Shown here piece after piece: positions 54,543-63,889 of a stretch of DNA of 63,889 bases (positions are counted from its first letter, which is position 1; every line of letters starts with the position of its first letter). Source of the DNA: Candidatus Atribacteria bacterium UBA6794 (lineage in GTDB: Bacteria; Atribacterota; Phoenicimicrobiia; Phoenicimicrobiales; Stramentimicrobiaceae); assembly GCA_002452835.1 (NCBI GenBank), contig DKFO01000081.1, positions 1 to 63,889 on the forward strand, written 5' to 3'. The notes beneath the pieces are model-generated. The model was not told the origin of the DNA, searched no databases, and saw nothing but the letters and a program-made list of their open reading frames with translations. The translations under genes and the position numbers were made by a program.

Positions 54543-57500
54543 TTACTCGATATAGGATATCTGTTCCAATCCAATAGCATGGTTACCTTTATAAATATTC
54601 CCCAGGGAAGCATCTATAGCAATCTTATCACCAGTTTTAAATTCATTATTGTTAATAGTACATTTCTTTTCCCCTTCCAGTACTATTAAGTGTTTACAAT
54701 TCACCACACAAATTTTACCTAACTGGGCTGCAGTGACTGCAGCATGAGAAGTTACTCCACCACGTGCTGTTAACAATCCATCACATTCAAAAATCATCTC
54801 TATATCATCAGGTACCGTATCTGGCCTAATTAAAATCTTATGTTCTTGAGGATATCTTTCAGCCAGTAGTCTTATATCTTCCAGGTTAAAGGCCACCCGA
54901 CCATTCATTGCCCCTCTACCGATTCCGATGCCCATTCCAACTAGATAGTTAAGAATATCTGGGCTGGTAAAAATAGGAGTTTTCTCTTTATCCTTCAAGG
55001 TATATGGTCTGGTTTGTAAAATATATAAATCTTTCTTGTGTTTAGATTTAAAAGTAAATTCAATTTCTTGATGGTCATACCCTCTATTATAAATTAACTC
55101 TTTTGCTAACCTCAGTAATTCTTGATAAATTTCCGGGAATTGTTTTTCCAGAGAATCTCCTTTAAACTGAGGAAACTTTTGGGTTTGAAACTCAGAAACC
55201 GGTAGAGGATAAACTAATCCTGATACAATATCTTCTCCCTGACTGCAACGAGTAAAATCACCATATAAGGTAACCTCCGAACTTTTTGCAAATGGTATCT
55301 TGGTGAAGAAGACACCGGTCCCCGATTCAGTATTAATATTGCCAAGAATCATTTCCTGTACTATAACTGCCGTTCCCCATTCTTCAGCAATCTGAAGTTT
55401 TTTACGAAATATTTGAGCTCTAGCATTATACCAGGATTGAAATACAAAAATTATAGCCTGAATCAGCTGCTGGAAGGGATCTTCTTCTAATTTAACACTA
55501 TAGTCGTGTAATAAATTTTTATAAGAAAAGGCAATTGTTTTCATCTGATTTCTGCTAAATTCTCTCTTTTCTTCTACTCCATATATTTTTTTAAACTTTA
55601 AGATTAGCCTGTCAAATTCATCACGCTCAATCCCATGAGCCATACCCCAATTTTGCAATAATCTTCGGTAAGAATCCCAGGCAGCCCATCCATACTCAGG
55701 GATTTTGCTTAAACTTTCAGCAATTTCATCGTTCATACCTATATTCAAAATAGAATCCATAGCTCCAGGCATGGGAATGACTGTTCCTGAACGGACTGCC
55801 AGTAATAAGGGATTATTGGGATCACCAAACTTCTTCTTAGTTATCTTTTCTAATTCTACTAATTTATCTTTAATCATCCCTAATATTGCCTGGTACATTT
55901 CAGGAAACTGGATAAAAGCTTCTCTATCTCGGAACCATTCTGTGGTCAGGACAAAACCTGGCGGAACTGGGAATTTGTAGGAATATAATTTTTTCAAATA
56001 ATAGGCTTTGGCACCCAAAAATATCTGATTATCAACTCTGGGATTAGACTTATGCAAGGAAGTACATAGCAATTTGGGGTTATAATTGAGTAGCATATGG
56101 ATAACTTCCGGTTTTAATCTCCCCATCATATTTCTTAAAGTGCTCAGTATTTTGGAGACATAATTATCTAAATTTTGTACTAAAAAAGCTGAAACGATTA
56201 TATCACGGTAAAACTCTTCTGATTTCCGGTAGATAATGTGTTCCAGACTGGTTTTATCAAGAGTATCGAATCCCTTTATGTTTTGCTGAATAATCGTTTT
56301 CAGAGGGGAACTGAAGGGCTGGATATAATAATTATCAATTATTTCTTTAATATTGAGGGTAATAAAATAAAAAATATTTACAAATTGCTCCATAGAAAAG
56401 GTTGTAGTTTTAAAACTATAATTAAGCATTTCCAGATGGGAGTTAAAATTCTCATTAGAAATACCATTTAAACTCAATCCTTCTTTAAACAAATCCAGTA
56501 TTCTAGCAGCATTATGGAAACCATCAATAGTCATATAATCCAGATTTATTTGACTGATGAATTTACTGATAAGATAATCGACCAGTTTCTCCAGACGCAA
56601 AATTAATCCCATAGCTACAAACTTCTGTTCATAATATTGTCCATACATAGAAGGAATTCCGGAGGCAATGTGACGCTTATAGTATATACTTTCCTGAGCT
56701 TTGGTCCTGGGAGATTCTAGAATGATCTTCTTTAAACTGGAAATCATTTTATAGATAAGTTTTATCGAGGTGACGTATCTATTATTTTTAATATTTTTTT
56801 CTAACCTTTTTATTTCTTGGTTGGTAAAAAAATTGGATTTCTGTAAATCAAGGTAGATAAATTTGTAATCCAGTGTATATTTATGCTTTAAAAGTTGATA
56901 AAGTTCAATCAGGTAAATAACTCGCTTGCTATCACAGTCGTCAAGGCTATTGATTTTTTCTAAAGCCTTTTTTATTTCATCAATATCCTCTTCCAGTATA
57001 GCTTCTGGACTTACTTTCATTGATTTACAAAGCTTACCTGTAATATTATGTACCGGAGCAAACCACTTTCCTGATGTAGACAATTCTTTTTGAACATCCT
57101 CAGGAATATATTCTAACAGAGGATGATAATTTCGGTCATACCAGAAACAGAAAATTCTTCGTATCAGCTCTATCTGAGAGTTATTGCTTTCTACATGTAC
57201 CTGCTTTCTTAAAAAGTGGATTAATTTATCTTCACTATAAGAGAGTTTATCTATATCTGTGGAAATTTCCCTGATCTTTCCCTCTGCTCCAATAGTACTA
57301 TAATAAACCGGGAACAGGCTTAACAATTGTTTTATTAAAACATAGTTTGATTTGATATCACTATTGAGCAATTGGCTAATATCTCTTTGAAAAAGGTCTT
57401 CATCGCGAAAGAGTACTCCCCCTATCTTCAAATTTACAATCAAGGCAGATATCAACTTACTGCTATATTTTGGCGAACTCTTGATTAGTTCCAACCATAA

Positions 57501-58649
57501 TCTGGTCATTTTCAAATGATTATGATTTATCTGGACTTGCCATTCGTCATCAACCTTTGCTTCTCCAGGGTAAACAAACCCAAATGCAATGAGTTGATCG
57601 TTAAAAATATCTATCCTGCTCTGGTCCCCTGTTTGATAAATCTTTTGCCCCAATCTCAATAGGCATTCCAGGACTTTTTCCATATTTTCCGATTTCAAGT
57701 TATTAAAAACAGAAAAAGTCACCTTTAAAAAACAATCAAAAGCTAAACTTATAAATTCATTTGGTGAAAATTCCTTAAACAGCCGGGCTAATTTTGCTAA
57801 TAGAGAGGCTCTTAAGCCAATAATTTCCGGTATTTCCAATAAATAATAGGTAAAATATATTTTTTCTAAAAGCGGAATCTCTTTTTCAATTAAACCAATT
57901 AATTTATCTGTGAATTCTTTAAAATCAGGAATACTTTCCAAATCTTCCCAGGTATTGGCCTGGGATAATTTTTTCTGAGCATCTCTAATAAGTTTTTTTT
58001 CAACTTTAGAAATTTCTAAAATTGCAGTAGAATGTTCTTTATAAAAAAACTCATCTCTTTTCTCACACCATTTCTTAAAATTTAAACGATTTTGCCATAT
58101 AGCTATATTTTCTTGAAGAGATATTTTAAGTAAAGTAGTAGTCCTCTCTGAATAGGCTCTATTCTTCCTAAATTGAACAGGAATCTTCTTCAAAAAACTT
58201 GAGGCGTATATTATCATTTCTGGATCATCAGATAAGTTCTTCTCTAAAATGTCAAGCACTACCTCAGCAAAAATATCAACCTGCATTTTAAACCCGCTAT
58301 CACTGCTCAATTCTTTAATGAATTCCAAGAAAGTATTAAGAGCAAGTTGTCTATTCTGATAATCAAGCTTTTGATTTAAAAAATCTTTAAATAAGGTTAA
58401 GATAGCCTTTAAAGCCTTATTTGCTTCAGGATGAGATTTATAAAACCATAAATCATTCAAGGCAACCCCTCTGAGTTTTTTATTGATTAATTCCGGTCTA
58501 AGAGGGGAATTATGGACTTCTTCCAATAGATTATTTATCCGCTGATGGATACCGAAATGCGCAGTGCTTATATCTAACAACCATTTTTGCTCAGGAGGAA
58601 AACTCTTCTCATTCAGTGTTTGTACCAGGTCTTTATTTTCCATAACCAT
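54543..58649 (-). CDS. Giant PEP-utilising-enzyme-family protein: ~870-aa unknown N-terminal region + PPDK-type ATP-grasp + phosphohistidine swivel domain, no PEP/pyruvate barrel
   Basis: The C-terminal ~495 aa contains VPPGFVLTTEWF, LLLAVRSGTVIPMPGAMDSILNIGMND, WDSYRRLL, GTAVIVQEMILGN..SGTGVFFT, QGEDIVSG and TARGGVTSHAAVTAAQLGKICVV. The protein ends ~65 aa after the His. Confidence 0.75.
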   Translation of the reverse strand: MVMENKDLVQTLNEKSFPPEQKWLLDISTAHFGIHQRINNLLEEVHNSPLRPELINKKLRGVALNDLWFYKSHPEANKALKAILTLFKDFLNQKLDYQNRQLALNTFLEFIKELSSDSGFKMQVDIFAEVVLDILEKNLSDDPEMIIYASSFLKKIPVQFRKNRAYSERTTTLLKISLQENIAIWQNRLNFKKWCEKRDEFFYKEHSTAILEISKVEKKLIRDAQKKLSQANTWEDLESIPDFKEFTDKLIGLIEKEIPLLEKIYFTYYLLEIPEIIGLRASLLAKLARLFKEFSPNEFISLAFDCFLKVTFSVFNNLKSENMEKVLECLLRLGQKIYQTGDQSRIDIFNDQLIAFGFVYPGEAKVDDEWQVQINHNHLKMTRLWLELIKSSPKYSSKLISALIVNLKIGGVLFRDEDLFQRDISQLLNSDIKSNYVLIKQLLSLFPVYYSTIGAEGKIREISTDIDKLSYSEDKLIHFLRKQVHVESNNSQIELIRRIFCFWYDRNYHPLLEYIPEDVQKELSTSGKWFAPVHNITGKLCKSMKVSPEAILEEDIDEIKKALEKINSLDDCDSKRVIYLIELYQLLKHKYTLDYKFIYLDLQKSNFFTNQEIKRLEKNIKNNRYVTSIKLIYKMISSLKKIILESPRTKAQESIYYKRHIASGIPSMYGQYYEQKFVAMGLILRLEKLVDYLISKFISQINLDYMTIDGFHNAARILDLFKEGLSLNGISNENFNSHLEMLNYSFKTTTFSMEQFVNIFYFITLNIKEIIDNYYIQPFSSPLKTIIQQNIKGFDTLDKTSLEHIIYRKSEEFYRDIIVSAFLVQNLDNYVSKILSTLRNMMGRLKPEVIHMLLNYNPKLLCTSLHKSNPRVDNQIFLGAKAYYLKKLYSYKFPVPPGFVLTTEWFRDREAFIQFPEMYQAILGMIKDKLVELEKITKKKFGDPNNPLLLAVRSGTVIPMPGAMDSILNIGMNDEIAESLSKIPEYGWAAWDSYRRLLQNWGMAHGIERDEFDRLILKFKKIYGVEEKREFSRNQMKTIAFSYKNLLHDYSVKLEEDPFQQLIQAIIFVFQSWYNARAQIFRKKLQIAEEWGTAVIVQEMILGNINTESGTGVFFTKIPFAKSSEVTLYGDFTRCSQGEDIVSGLVYPLPVSEFQTQKFPQFKGDSLEKQFPEIYQELLRLAKELIYNRGYDHQEIEFTFKSKHKKDLYILQTRPYTLKDKEKTPIFTSPDILNYLVGMGIGIGRGAMNGRVAFNLEDIRLLAERYPQEHKILIRPDTVPDDIEMIFECDGLLTARGGVTSHAAVTAAQLGKICVVNCKHLIVLEGEKKCTINNNEFKTGDKIAIDASLGNIYKGNHAIGLEQISYIE

Positions 58650-58679
58650 CTTTGTTTATTTTGAAATCCTCCCTTCTTA

Positions 58680-59678
58680 TCAATAATATCTTAGAATGGT
58701 TCCAGATATTATCTCTGAAGATTTACCATCTTCTGTTTTTAAAATTAATGCACCCTTATCATTGATATCAATGGCTTCCCCAACTATTACTCTGTTTCCT
58801 ACATCCACTTCAATTATTCTCCCAATGGTGTCATTGTATTTCTTCCATTCTTCCAAGATAAAGAGAAAACCATCCTTTTTATATCTCTCATACCGGTTTT
58901 CAAATTCAACACAAAGATGCTGAACCAACTTTATTCTTGATACCTCTTTGCCGGTAATTGCTTTTAAGGAAATGGAATTGCTTTGAATATCCTCTGGAAA
59001 CTCAAAAAGATTGTTATTTACATTTATACCTATTCCCACTATAACCCATCCTATATTTTTTGCAACCACACTCATTTCAGTAAGTATCCCACAAACTTTT
59101 TTCCCATCGATTAATACATCATTAGGCCATTTTATTTGCACTTTTATGTTCGGAATTAAGGGGGAGATGATTTTAGCAACTACTACGGCAGTCATTAAAG
59201 TGATTATAGGCATATAGGAAGGGGTAAGTTTAGGATATAATATCAGGGAAAGCCAAAGACCACCTGGCGGTGAAAACCATTTTCTTCCTAATCTCCCTTT
59301 CCCACCATTTTGCTGCTCAGCAATGATTATTGTTCCTTCTGGTACTTTATCTTCTTTATTTAGAATCTTTTGTTTGGCAATTATATTGGTAGATTCCAAT
59401 TCAGGAAAATAATAAATAGTTTGTCCAATATATCTGGTAGTCAAACCAGGGTAAATTTCAGAGGGCAAAAGGATATCGGGACGGGAAATAAGGCGATAAC
59501 CTTTTCGGTCATCGACAGCAATACCATAACCTAATTGTTTTAATTTCTGAATTTGTTTCCAGACTGCCACTCGAGAAAGTGAGAGTTTATTACTTAATTG
59601 TTCTGCCAATATAAAGTTTTCCTCTGAGAGATGAGACAATACCGGGATATCTAAACTTTTTATCTTCATGTTAGTCAT
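58680..59678 (-). CDS. birA: Bifunctional biotin--[acetyl-CoA-carboxylase] ligase / repressor BirA
   Basis: N-terminal wHTH (LSLSRVAVWKQIQKLKQLGYGI) and GGKGRLGRKWFSPPG biotin-binding loop. Confidence 0.9.
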   Translation of the reverse strand: MTNMKIKSLDIPVLSHLSEENFILAEQLSNKLSLSRVAVWKQIQKLKQLGYGIAVDDRKGYRLISRPDILLPSEIYPGLTTRYIGQTIYYFPELESTNIIAKQKILNKEDKVPEGTIIIAEQQNGGKGRLGRKWFSPPGGLWLSLILYPKLTPSYMPIITLMTAVVVAKIISPLIPNIKVQIKWPNDVLIDGKKVCGILTEMSVVAKNIGWVIVGIGINVNNNLFEFPEDIQSNSISLKAITGKEVSRIKLVQHLCVEFENRYERYKKDGFLFILEEWKKYNDTIGRIIEVDVGNRVIVGEAIDINDKGALILKTEDGKSSEIISGTILRYY

Positions 59679-59713
59679 TAGTCAATACTCTCAGACCTAC
59701 TGCTTCCTGCCTA

Positions 59714-60364
59714 TTACTTAAAGTCAGTGGGATGAAAAGATACCTTTTCCATACCCTGCAATTTAGCCCTAATCTGATCAATAATTAGTTGAAGATGTGT
59801 TGCTTCCTGCACAAAATCCAGCTCATCAGTAGCTACTGTCAAGATAGGACAAAGGGAAAAATTTTCCACCCACTTTTCATATAAAATATTAAGCTGTTCT
59901 AAATAAGTTCTGGAAATCATCTGCTCATAATCTCTGCCTCGTAAGGCAATTCTGCGCTGTAAGGTAGGTATAGAGGCTTGAAGGTAAATAATAAGGTCAG
60001 GAGGTGATAAAAAATCTACCATGATTTTAAATAATTCTCGATAATTATGATAGTCACGTGGACTCATTAGCCCCTGTTCATACAAATTTTTGGCAAATAT
60101 ATCTACATCTTCATAAATACTACGGTCCTGTACCACAGAAGAAGGATCCTGGACAATCATTTGGTGATGTTGAAAACGTTTAGATAGAAAATAAATCTGC
60201 AGGTGAAAACTCCACCTTTTCATATCATAGTAAAAATCTTCTAAATAGGGATTGTTTTCCACTACCTCGTAGAAGGCTTTCCATCCCAATTGTTGACTTA
60301 ATAGTTCAGTGAAGCTGGACTTCCCGCTTCCGATATTGCCAGATATTATAATAAATTTTTTCAT
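59714..60364 (-). CDS. Deoxynucleoside kinase
   Basis: P-loop GNIGSGKSS, DRSIYED and LID RIALRGRDYE. Start chosen at MKKFIIISG. Confidence 0.85.
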   Translation of the reverse strand: MKKFIIISGNIGSGKSSFTELLSQQLGWKAFYEVVENNPYLEDFYYDMKRWSFHLQIYFLSKRFQHHQMIVQDPSSVVQDRSIYEDVDIFAKNLYEQGLMSPRDYHNYRELFKIMVDFLSPPDLIIYLQASIPTLQRRIALRGRDYEQMISRTYLEQLNILYEKWVENFSLCPILTVATDELDFVQEATHLQLIIDQIRAKLQGMEKVSFHPTDFK

Positions 60365-60386
60365 AATTCTCTTCTCTGGATTTCTC

Positions 60387-61013
60387 TCACTCTTTATCTC
60401 TCTCTCGTAATTTTTGACAAACAAGGTCTAAATCTCGACTATTGCCTACAAAATCTAATTCATCAGCATTAAAAATAATCAGTTTGGAATGGGGAAAGTT
60501 CTGCTTGTTATTAAAATAATCTTCATAAGCATCGTTTAATCTTGCTAGGTAATCAAAAGAGATTTTTCGTTCAAAGGGACGGTCTCTTAACATTATTCTC
60601 TTCATCAGCAAATTGGTACTAGCCCTTAAATAGATAATCATATCAGGGGAAGGAATATCCCGGCACATAATCTGAAAGAGATGCTCATACATGGCCAATT
60701 CATTTCCGGATAGATTAAGATGAGCAAAAATTCGGTCTTTGGCAAACATATAATCTGAAAAGGATAATTGTCGAAACAGATCCTGCTGAGTAACCTTTAT
60801 CTGCTGGTCATATCGACTTAATAGAAAGAAAATCTGAGTTCGAAAAGCATAACCTTTTCTATCTTCATAAAAACGAGGTAAAAAGGGGTTTTCTTCTACC
60901 ACTTCCAGAATAGTTCTGGCTTGATACCTTTTACTTAATTGCAGTACTAAACTTGTTTTCCCAGCACCAATAGCCCCTTCGACAACAATATACTTACTCT
61001 GGAAGTTATACAT
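60387..61013 (-). CDS. Deoxynucleoside kinase (second paralog)
   Basis: P-loop GAIGAGKTS, FSDYMFAKD and LID RIMLRDRPFE. Confidence 0.85.
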   Translation of the reverse strand: MYNFQSKYIVVEGAIGAGKTSLVLQLSKRYQARTILEVVEENPFLPRFYEDRKGYAFRTQIFFLLSRYDQQIKVTQQDLFRQLSFSDYMFAKDRIFAHLNLSGNELAMYEHLFQIMCRDIPSPDMIIYLRASTNLLMKRIMLRDRPFERKISFDYLARLNDAYEDYFNNKQNFPHSKLIIFNADELDFVGNSRDLDLVCQKLRERDKE

Positions 61014-61054
61014 TTTTAAAAAACCTCTTCTTTTTTTTCTCTTCTATCTTTATT

Positions 61055-61074
61055 TATGGTCGGGGTATTTAATT
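61055..61074. repeat. 20-bp inverted repeat, partner at 62849-62868, bracketing cstA
   Basis: ATGGTCGGGGTATTTAATTT (61055-61074) is the exact reverse complement of 62849-62868. Confidence 0.85.
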
Positions 61075-61127
61075 TATTTATATCAAAGAATATATTTGCT
61101 CACTTATGCTGGACAATTAACAATTAC

Positions 61128-62744
61128 CTATTTAGTTTCTCCTGCTGTTTTCTCTCTGAATTTACTTAAAGCCTGGAATCCATTATAGACTACAAAACTA
61201 GCTAAAATTAAGAGCAAAATAGAAATCGATCCCAGCAGTACATTCCCCTTACCAAAATTAGTGAAGACCAGATTAATCAAGGCCACAATGGTAACAACCA
61301 TCATAAAGGCCATGGGATAGGCAGTAATTTTAAATTGTTTACCCAGATGAGCCAGATAGGCAGTGGCACCCATTAAGGATAAACCGGCTAATAATTGGTT
61401 AGCTGATCCAAATAACGGCCAGATGGCTGTCCATTGTCCGGTCAGCGCTAAAGCTCCACCAAATACCACCGTAATAAATGTGCCATAGAATCTGTTGGAT
61501 ACCGCTGGGAATTTTTCTGAAGTTAATTCTTCAAAACTATATCTACCCAAACGGGTAGCGGTATCTAAGGTAGTAAGTAAAAAGGCAGAAATGGTCAATG
61601 AACCAAAAACAATACCAGTCTGCTCTGGAATGCCCAAACCAGCCAGGAATTTACCCATACCATGAGCAAAAACACCAACTGCTCCTCCCCATTCTGCCAG
61701 TCCTACTTTCATACCCTCTTGAGTTAATATAGCAGCGGACCCCAGGGCAACAACGGCGAGTACACCTTCGATAAGCATGGAACCATAGCCAATCATCCTG
61801 GCGTCTTTTTCATTGCTCAGTTGTTTGGAGGTAGTACCAGAGGCAACCAGGGAATGGAAACCAGAAACTGCTCCACAGGCAATGGTAACAAATAACATTG
61901 GGAATAAATATCCTACACTAGTTTTAAAAGTAGTAACAGAAGGATAAACCAGGGTAGGCCGCACAATCAATATTCCAATTACTCCTCCTATTAAAGCCGC
62001 ATAAAGCAAGAAAGAGGAGAGGTAATCACGGGGTTGCAAGAGTACCCAGACTGGTAGGATTGATGCCAGGATAACATATCCCATTAAAATCCAGGTCCAG
62101 GTAACCTGGTTGAAGAATAAAAATGGCCAGTTAAGACCAATCCAGATAGCAGCGATAAGGAGAATAACACCTACTACGGTAACAATAGGTAGGCTGATGT
62201 TAGCTCGATAAAGGGCAAATCCCATCCCCAGGGCAATCAATAGCATCAAAAATCCAGCTGTAGCAACCGATCCACTGGCAGCAAAAGCCTGTGCAGTTAG
62301 AATGGCAAAGACAGCAATAATCAGCACTAGAGTTAACCAGGTAAACAATAAAAACCAGGTCCTGGCTGACTTTCCTACATACTGACCAATGATTTCTCCT
62401 ACAGATTTTCCTTTATGTCGCACTGAGGTAATTAGACCAAAATAATCATGTACTGCTCCCACAAACACAGAGCCCAGCACGATCCAGAGAAAGCATGGTA
62501 GCCATCCAAACACCACGGCCGCAATAGGGCCAGTGATGGGGCCTGCACCGGCAATTGAAGCAAAATGGTGACCTAATAACACTGGCGCCTTAGCTGGTAC
62601 ATAATCCACCCCATCATTCATAGTGTGCGCTGGTGTCTTTGCTTTTTCATCAATGCCCACTAATTTATCTAAAAAACTTCCATACACATTATAAGCAATA
62701 AGAAAAACAATTATAGCTAAAATCAATATTGTTAAAAGATTCAT
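61128..62744 (-). CDS. cstA: Carbon starvation protein CstA (peptide/pyruvate transporter family)
   Basis: GHHFASIAGAGPITGPI motif in a polytopic 538-aa protein. Confidence 0.9.
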   Translation of the reverse strand: MNLLTILILAIIVFLIAYNVYGSFLDKLVGIDEKAKTPAHTMNDGVDYVPAKAPVLLGHHFASIAGAGPITGPIAAVVFGWLPCFLWIVLGSVFVGAVHDYFGLITSVRHKGKSVGEIIGQYVGKSARTWFLLFTWLTLVLIIAVFAILTAQAFAASGSVATAGFLMLLIALGMGFALYRANISLPIVTVVGVILLIAAIWIGLNWPFLFFNQVTWTWILMGYVILASILPVWVLLQPRDYLSSFLLYAALIGGVIGILIVRPTLVYPSVTTFKTSVGYLFPMLFVTIACGAVSGFHSLVASGTTSKQLSNEKDARMIGYGSMLIEGVLAVVALGSAAILTQEGMKVGLAEWGGAVGVFAHGMGKFLAGLGIPEQTGIVFGSLTISAFLLTTLDTATRLGRYSFEELTSEKFPAVSNRFYGTFITVVFGGALALTGQWTAIWPLFGSANQLLAGLSLMGATAYLAHLGKQFKITAYPMAFMMVVTIVALINLVFTNFGKGNVLLGSISILLLILASFVVYNGFQALSKFREKTAGETK

Positions 62745-62895
62745 TAATACAAACCTCCTTTAAAATAGATAAGATACCTTAACCTTGAGTAAAATAATAT
62801 AATTAATAAATTTTGAAATGGTAATAAATTGTGGTTAAATTATCCAGAAAATTAAATACCCCGACCATTAAATTAACTAAAAGCAAACCTTAAGA

Positions 62896-63459
62896 TTAGT
62901 TTATTACCTTATTGATTGTTTTTTTATCACCCCCAATTTCCTTTTTAAAAGTATAAATTGGAGCAACCTCTCTACCCTTGGCATTACAAAAAACACAACT
63001 ATTTTTTACATCAATCAACAACAAACGAAGGTCACACCAACCCTTTATTCCTAAGAAAAAGGTCTTACTATATTTAAATTTTTGGGCTTTAGCAATAACC
63101 TCTGGAGCAAAACCTTCCTCGGAGACCATTATCCCATTGACAGTGTGAGACATTACCTCAAAAGAAGGGGTAACTAATTCCTGAGTAGCATTAATCAAAA
63201 ATCGAGAAAAATCGTTTATCTCACTATCTGTTACCAAGTTTTCAAATCCTTTAACTAAGATGATTTCTTTTTCCTGATACCGGTCAATTTGGATTTTTTT
63301 GGTAAGAACATGGCGGTAGTGTTCTATAATAGAAATGGCATAGATATCGACCTGCTGGCCAGCAATGAATTTATTGGTTTCCACATTATAATGCAACTGA
63401 TATCTCTTTACCAATTCTGCAAGATATTCTGTTAATGAAGGTTGCATTTTACTTTCCAA
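62896..63459 (-). CDS. Hypothetical protein
   Basis: 187-aa ORF with no recognised motif. Confidence 0.45.
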   Translation of the reverse strand: MESKMQPSLTEYLAELVKRYQLHYNVETNKFIAGQQVDIYAISIIEHYRHVLTKKIQIDRYQEKEIILVKGFENLVTDSEINDFSRFLINATQELVTPSFEVMSHTVNGIMVSEEGFAPEVIAKAQKFKYSKTFFLGIKGWCDLRLLLIDVKNSCVFCNAKGREVAPIYTFKKEIGGDKKTINKVIN

Positions 63460-63621
63460 TTCCCGATTCCTGATTCTTATGATATAATTTTTCGTTTACC
63501 TCTTACTTCACAAACTACCCTTAATTTTATTACAATAATTTCTAGTTTGCAACTATGATTTAACCAATAATCATCAAAGTATTTAGTAAAATTTTTTAGA
63601 ATATTTTTGATATTAATTTGA

Positions 63622-63808
63622 GGTATAGGAATTTCAATAATTCTGTTACCTCAAGATTAAGGAATTGTTTTGTTATAAAGAATTTAGTAAGAAACGATAT
63701 GCATTTCTTGGAACAGTATTTTTCTTTATTTTTTAACTAACATTTAAACTATACACTAAATTAAATATTAGATACTCAATACTGATAATTGAGGGGTTTC
63801 AGGGGACG
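63622..63808. repeat. ~190-bp family F repeat (inverted copy of 7737-7924) ending in a family B hairpin
   Basis: See 7737-7924. A second B hairpin begins at 63869 and is cut by the window end. Confidence 0.8.
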
Positions 63809-63889
63809 AAGTCCCCTGATTATCTTGTTGCAAAACAAGATAGCATTTTCTTGAATTATATTATTTTTGAGGGGTTTCAGGGGATACTT

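Noticed and set aside
61055-61074. The 10-nt match to the tRNA-Pro 3' end as evidence of an integrated element with att sites
   Set aside because: The two cstA-flanking copies are inverted, not direct. The match to the tRNA is only 10 nt, and no integrase is present. I kept it as an observation, not as an integration call.

Overview
AT-rich bacterial chromosomal window. I cannot assign a taxon, but the gene content points to an anaerobe: a tungsten or molybdenum aldehyde:ferredoxin oxidoreductase, archaeal-type HMG-CoA synthase/thiolase/DUF35, TRAP transport and NikR. Most genes are on the minus strand and are housekeeping or metabolic. They include a molybdopterin cofactor operon (moaB/mogA, moaC-MOSC, moaA, two moeA paralogs), a GntR-linked TRAP / CoA-transferase / thiolase / AOR / Fe-ADH cluster interrupted by an IS200-type element, and lplA, cysK, sirtuin, ychF, nikR, ddl, rarA, birA, bioY, two deoxynucleoside kinases and cstA. 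One tRNA-Pro(CGG) is present. I found no rRNA and no CRISPR array.

The most unusual locus is 30.9-39.6 kb. A Type III-like mod/res pair survives only as a 5' mod fragment and a frameshifted 3' res fragment. Its core has been replaced by a compact, translationally coupled five-gene operon: a 76-aa protein, a 666-aa GHKL-type ATPase, a 226-aa unknown protein, a Dcm C5-cytosine methyltransferase and a Mig-like HhH-GPD [4Fe-4S] glycosylase. The operon has a consensus promoter overlapped by two palindromic boxes. I recognise no nuclease in it, so it is my best candidate for an undescribed methylation-linked system.

Other notable items:
- Tandem c-di-GMP-I (GEMM-I) riboswitches sit upstream of a C39-like peptidase lipoprotein.
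- A 1368-aa protein has PPDK-type ATP-grasp and phosphohistidine domains but no PEP-binding barrel.
- A second R-M pair next to tRNA-Pro has an apparently internally deleted endonuclease.
- Several families of modular REP/MITE-like repeats are present, some inserted in frame into coding sequence.

All functional calls rest on motif recognition by eye and need a database search to confirm.
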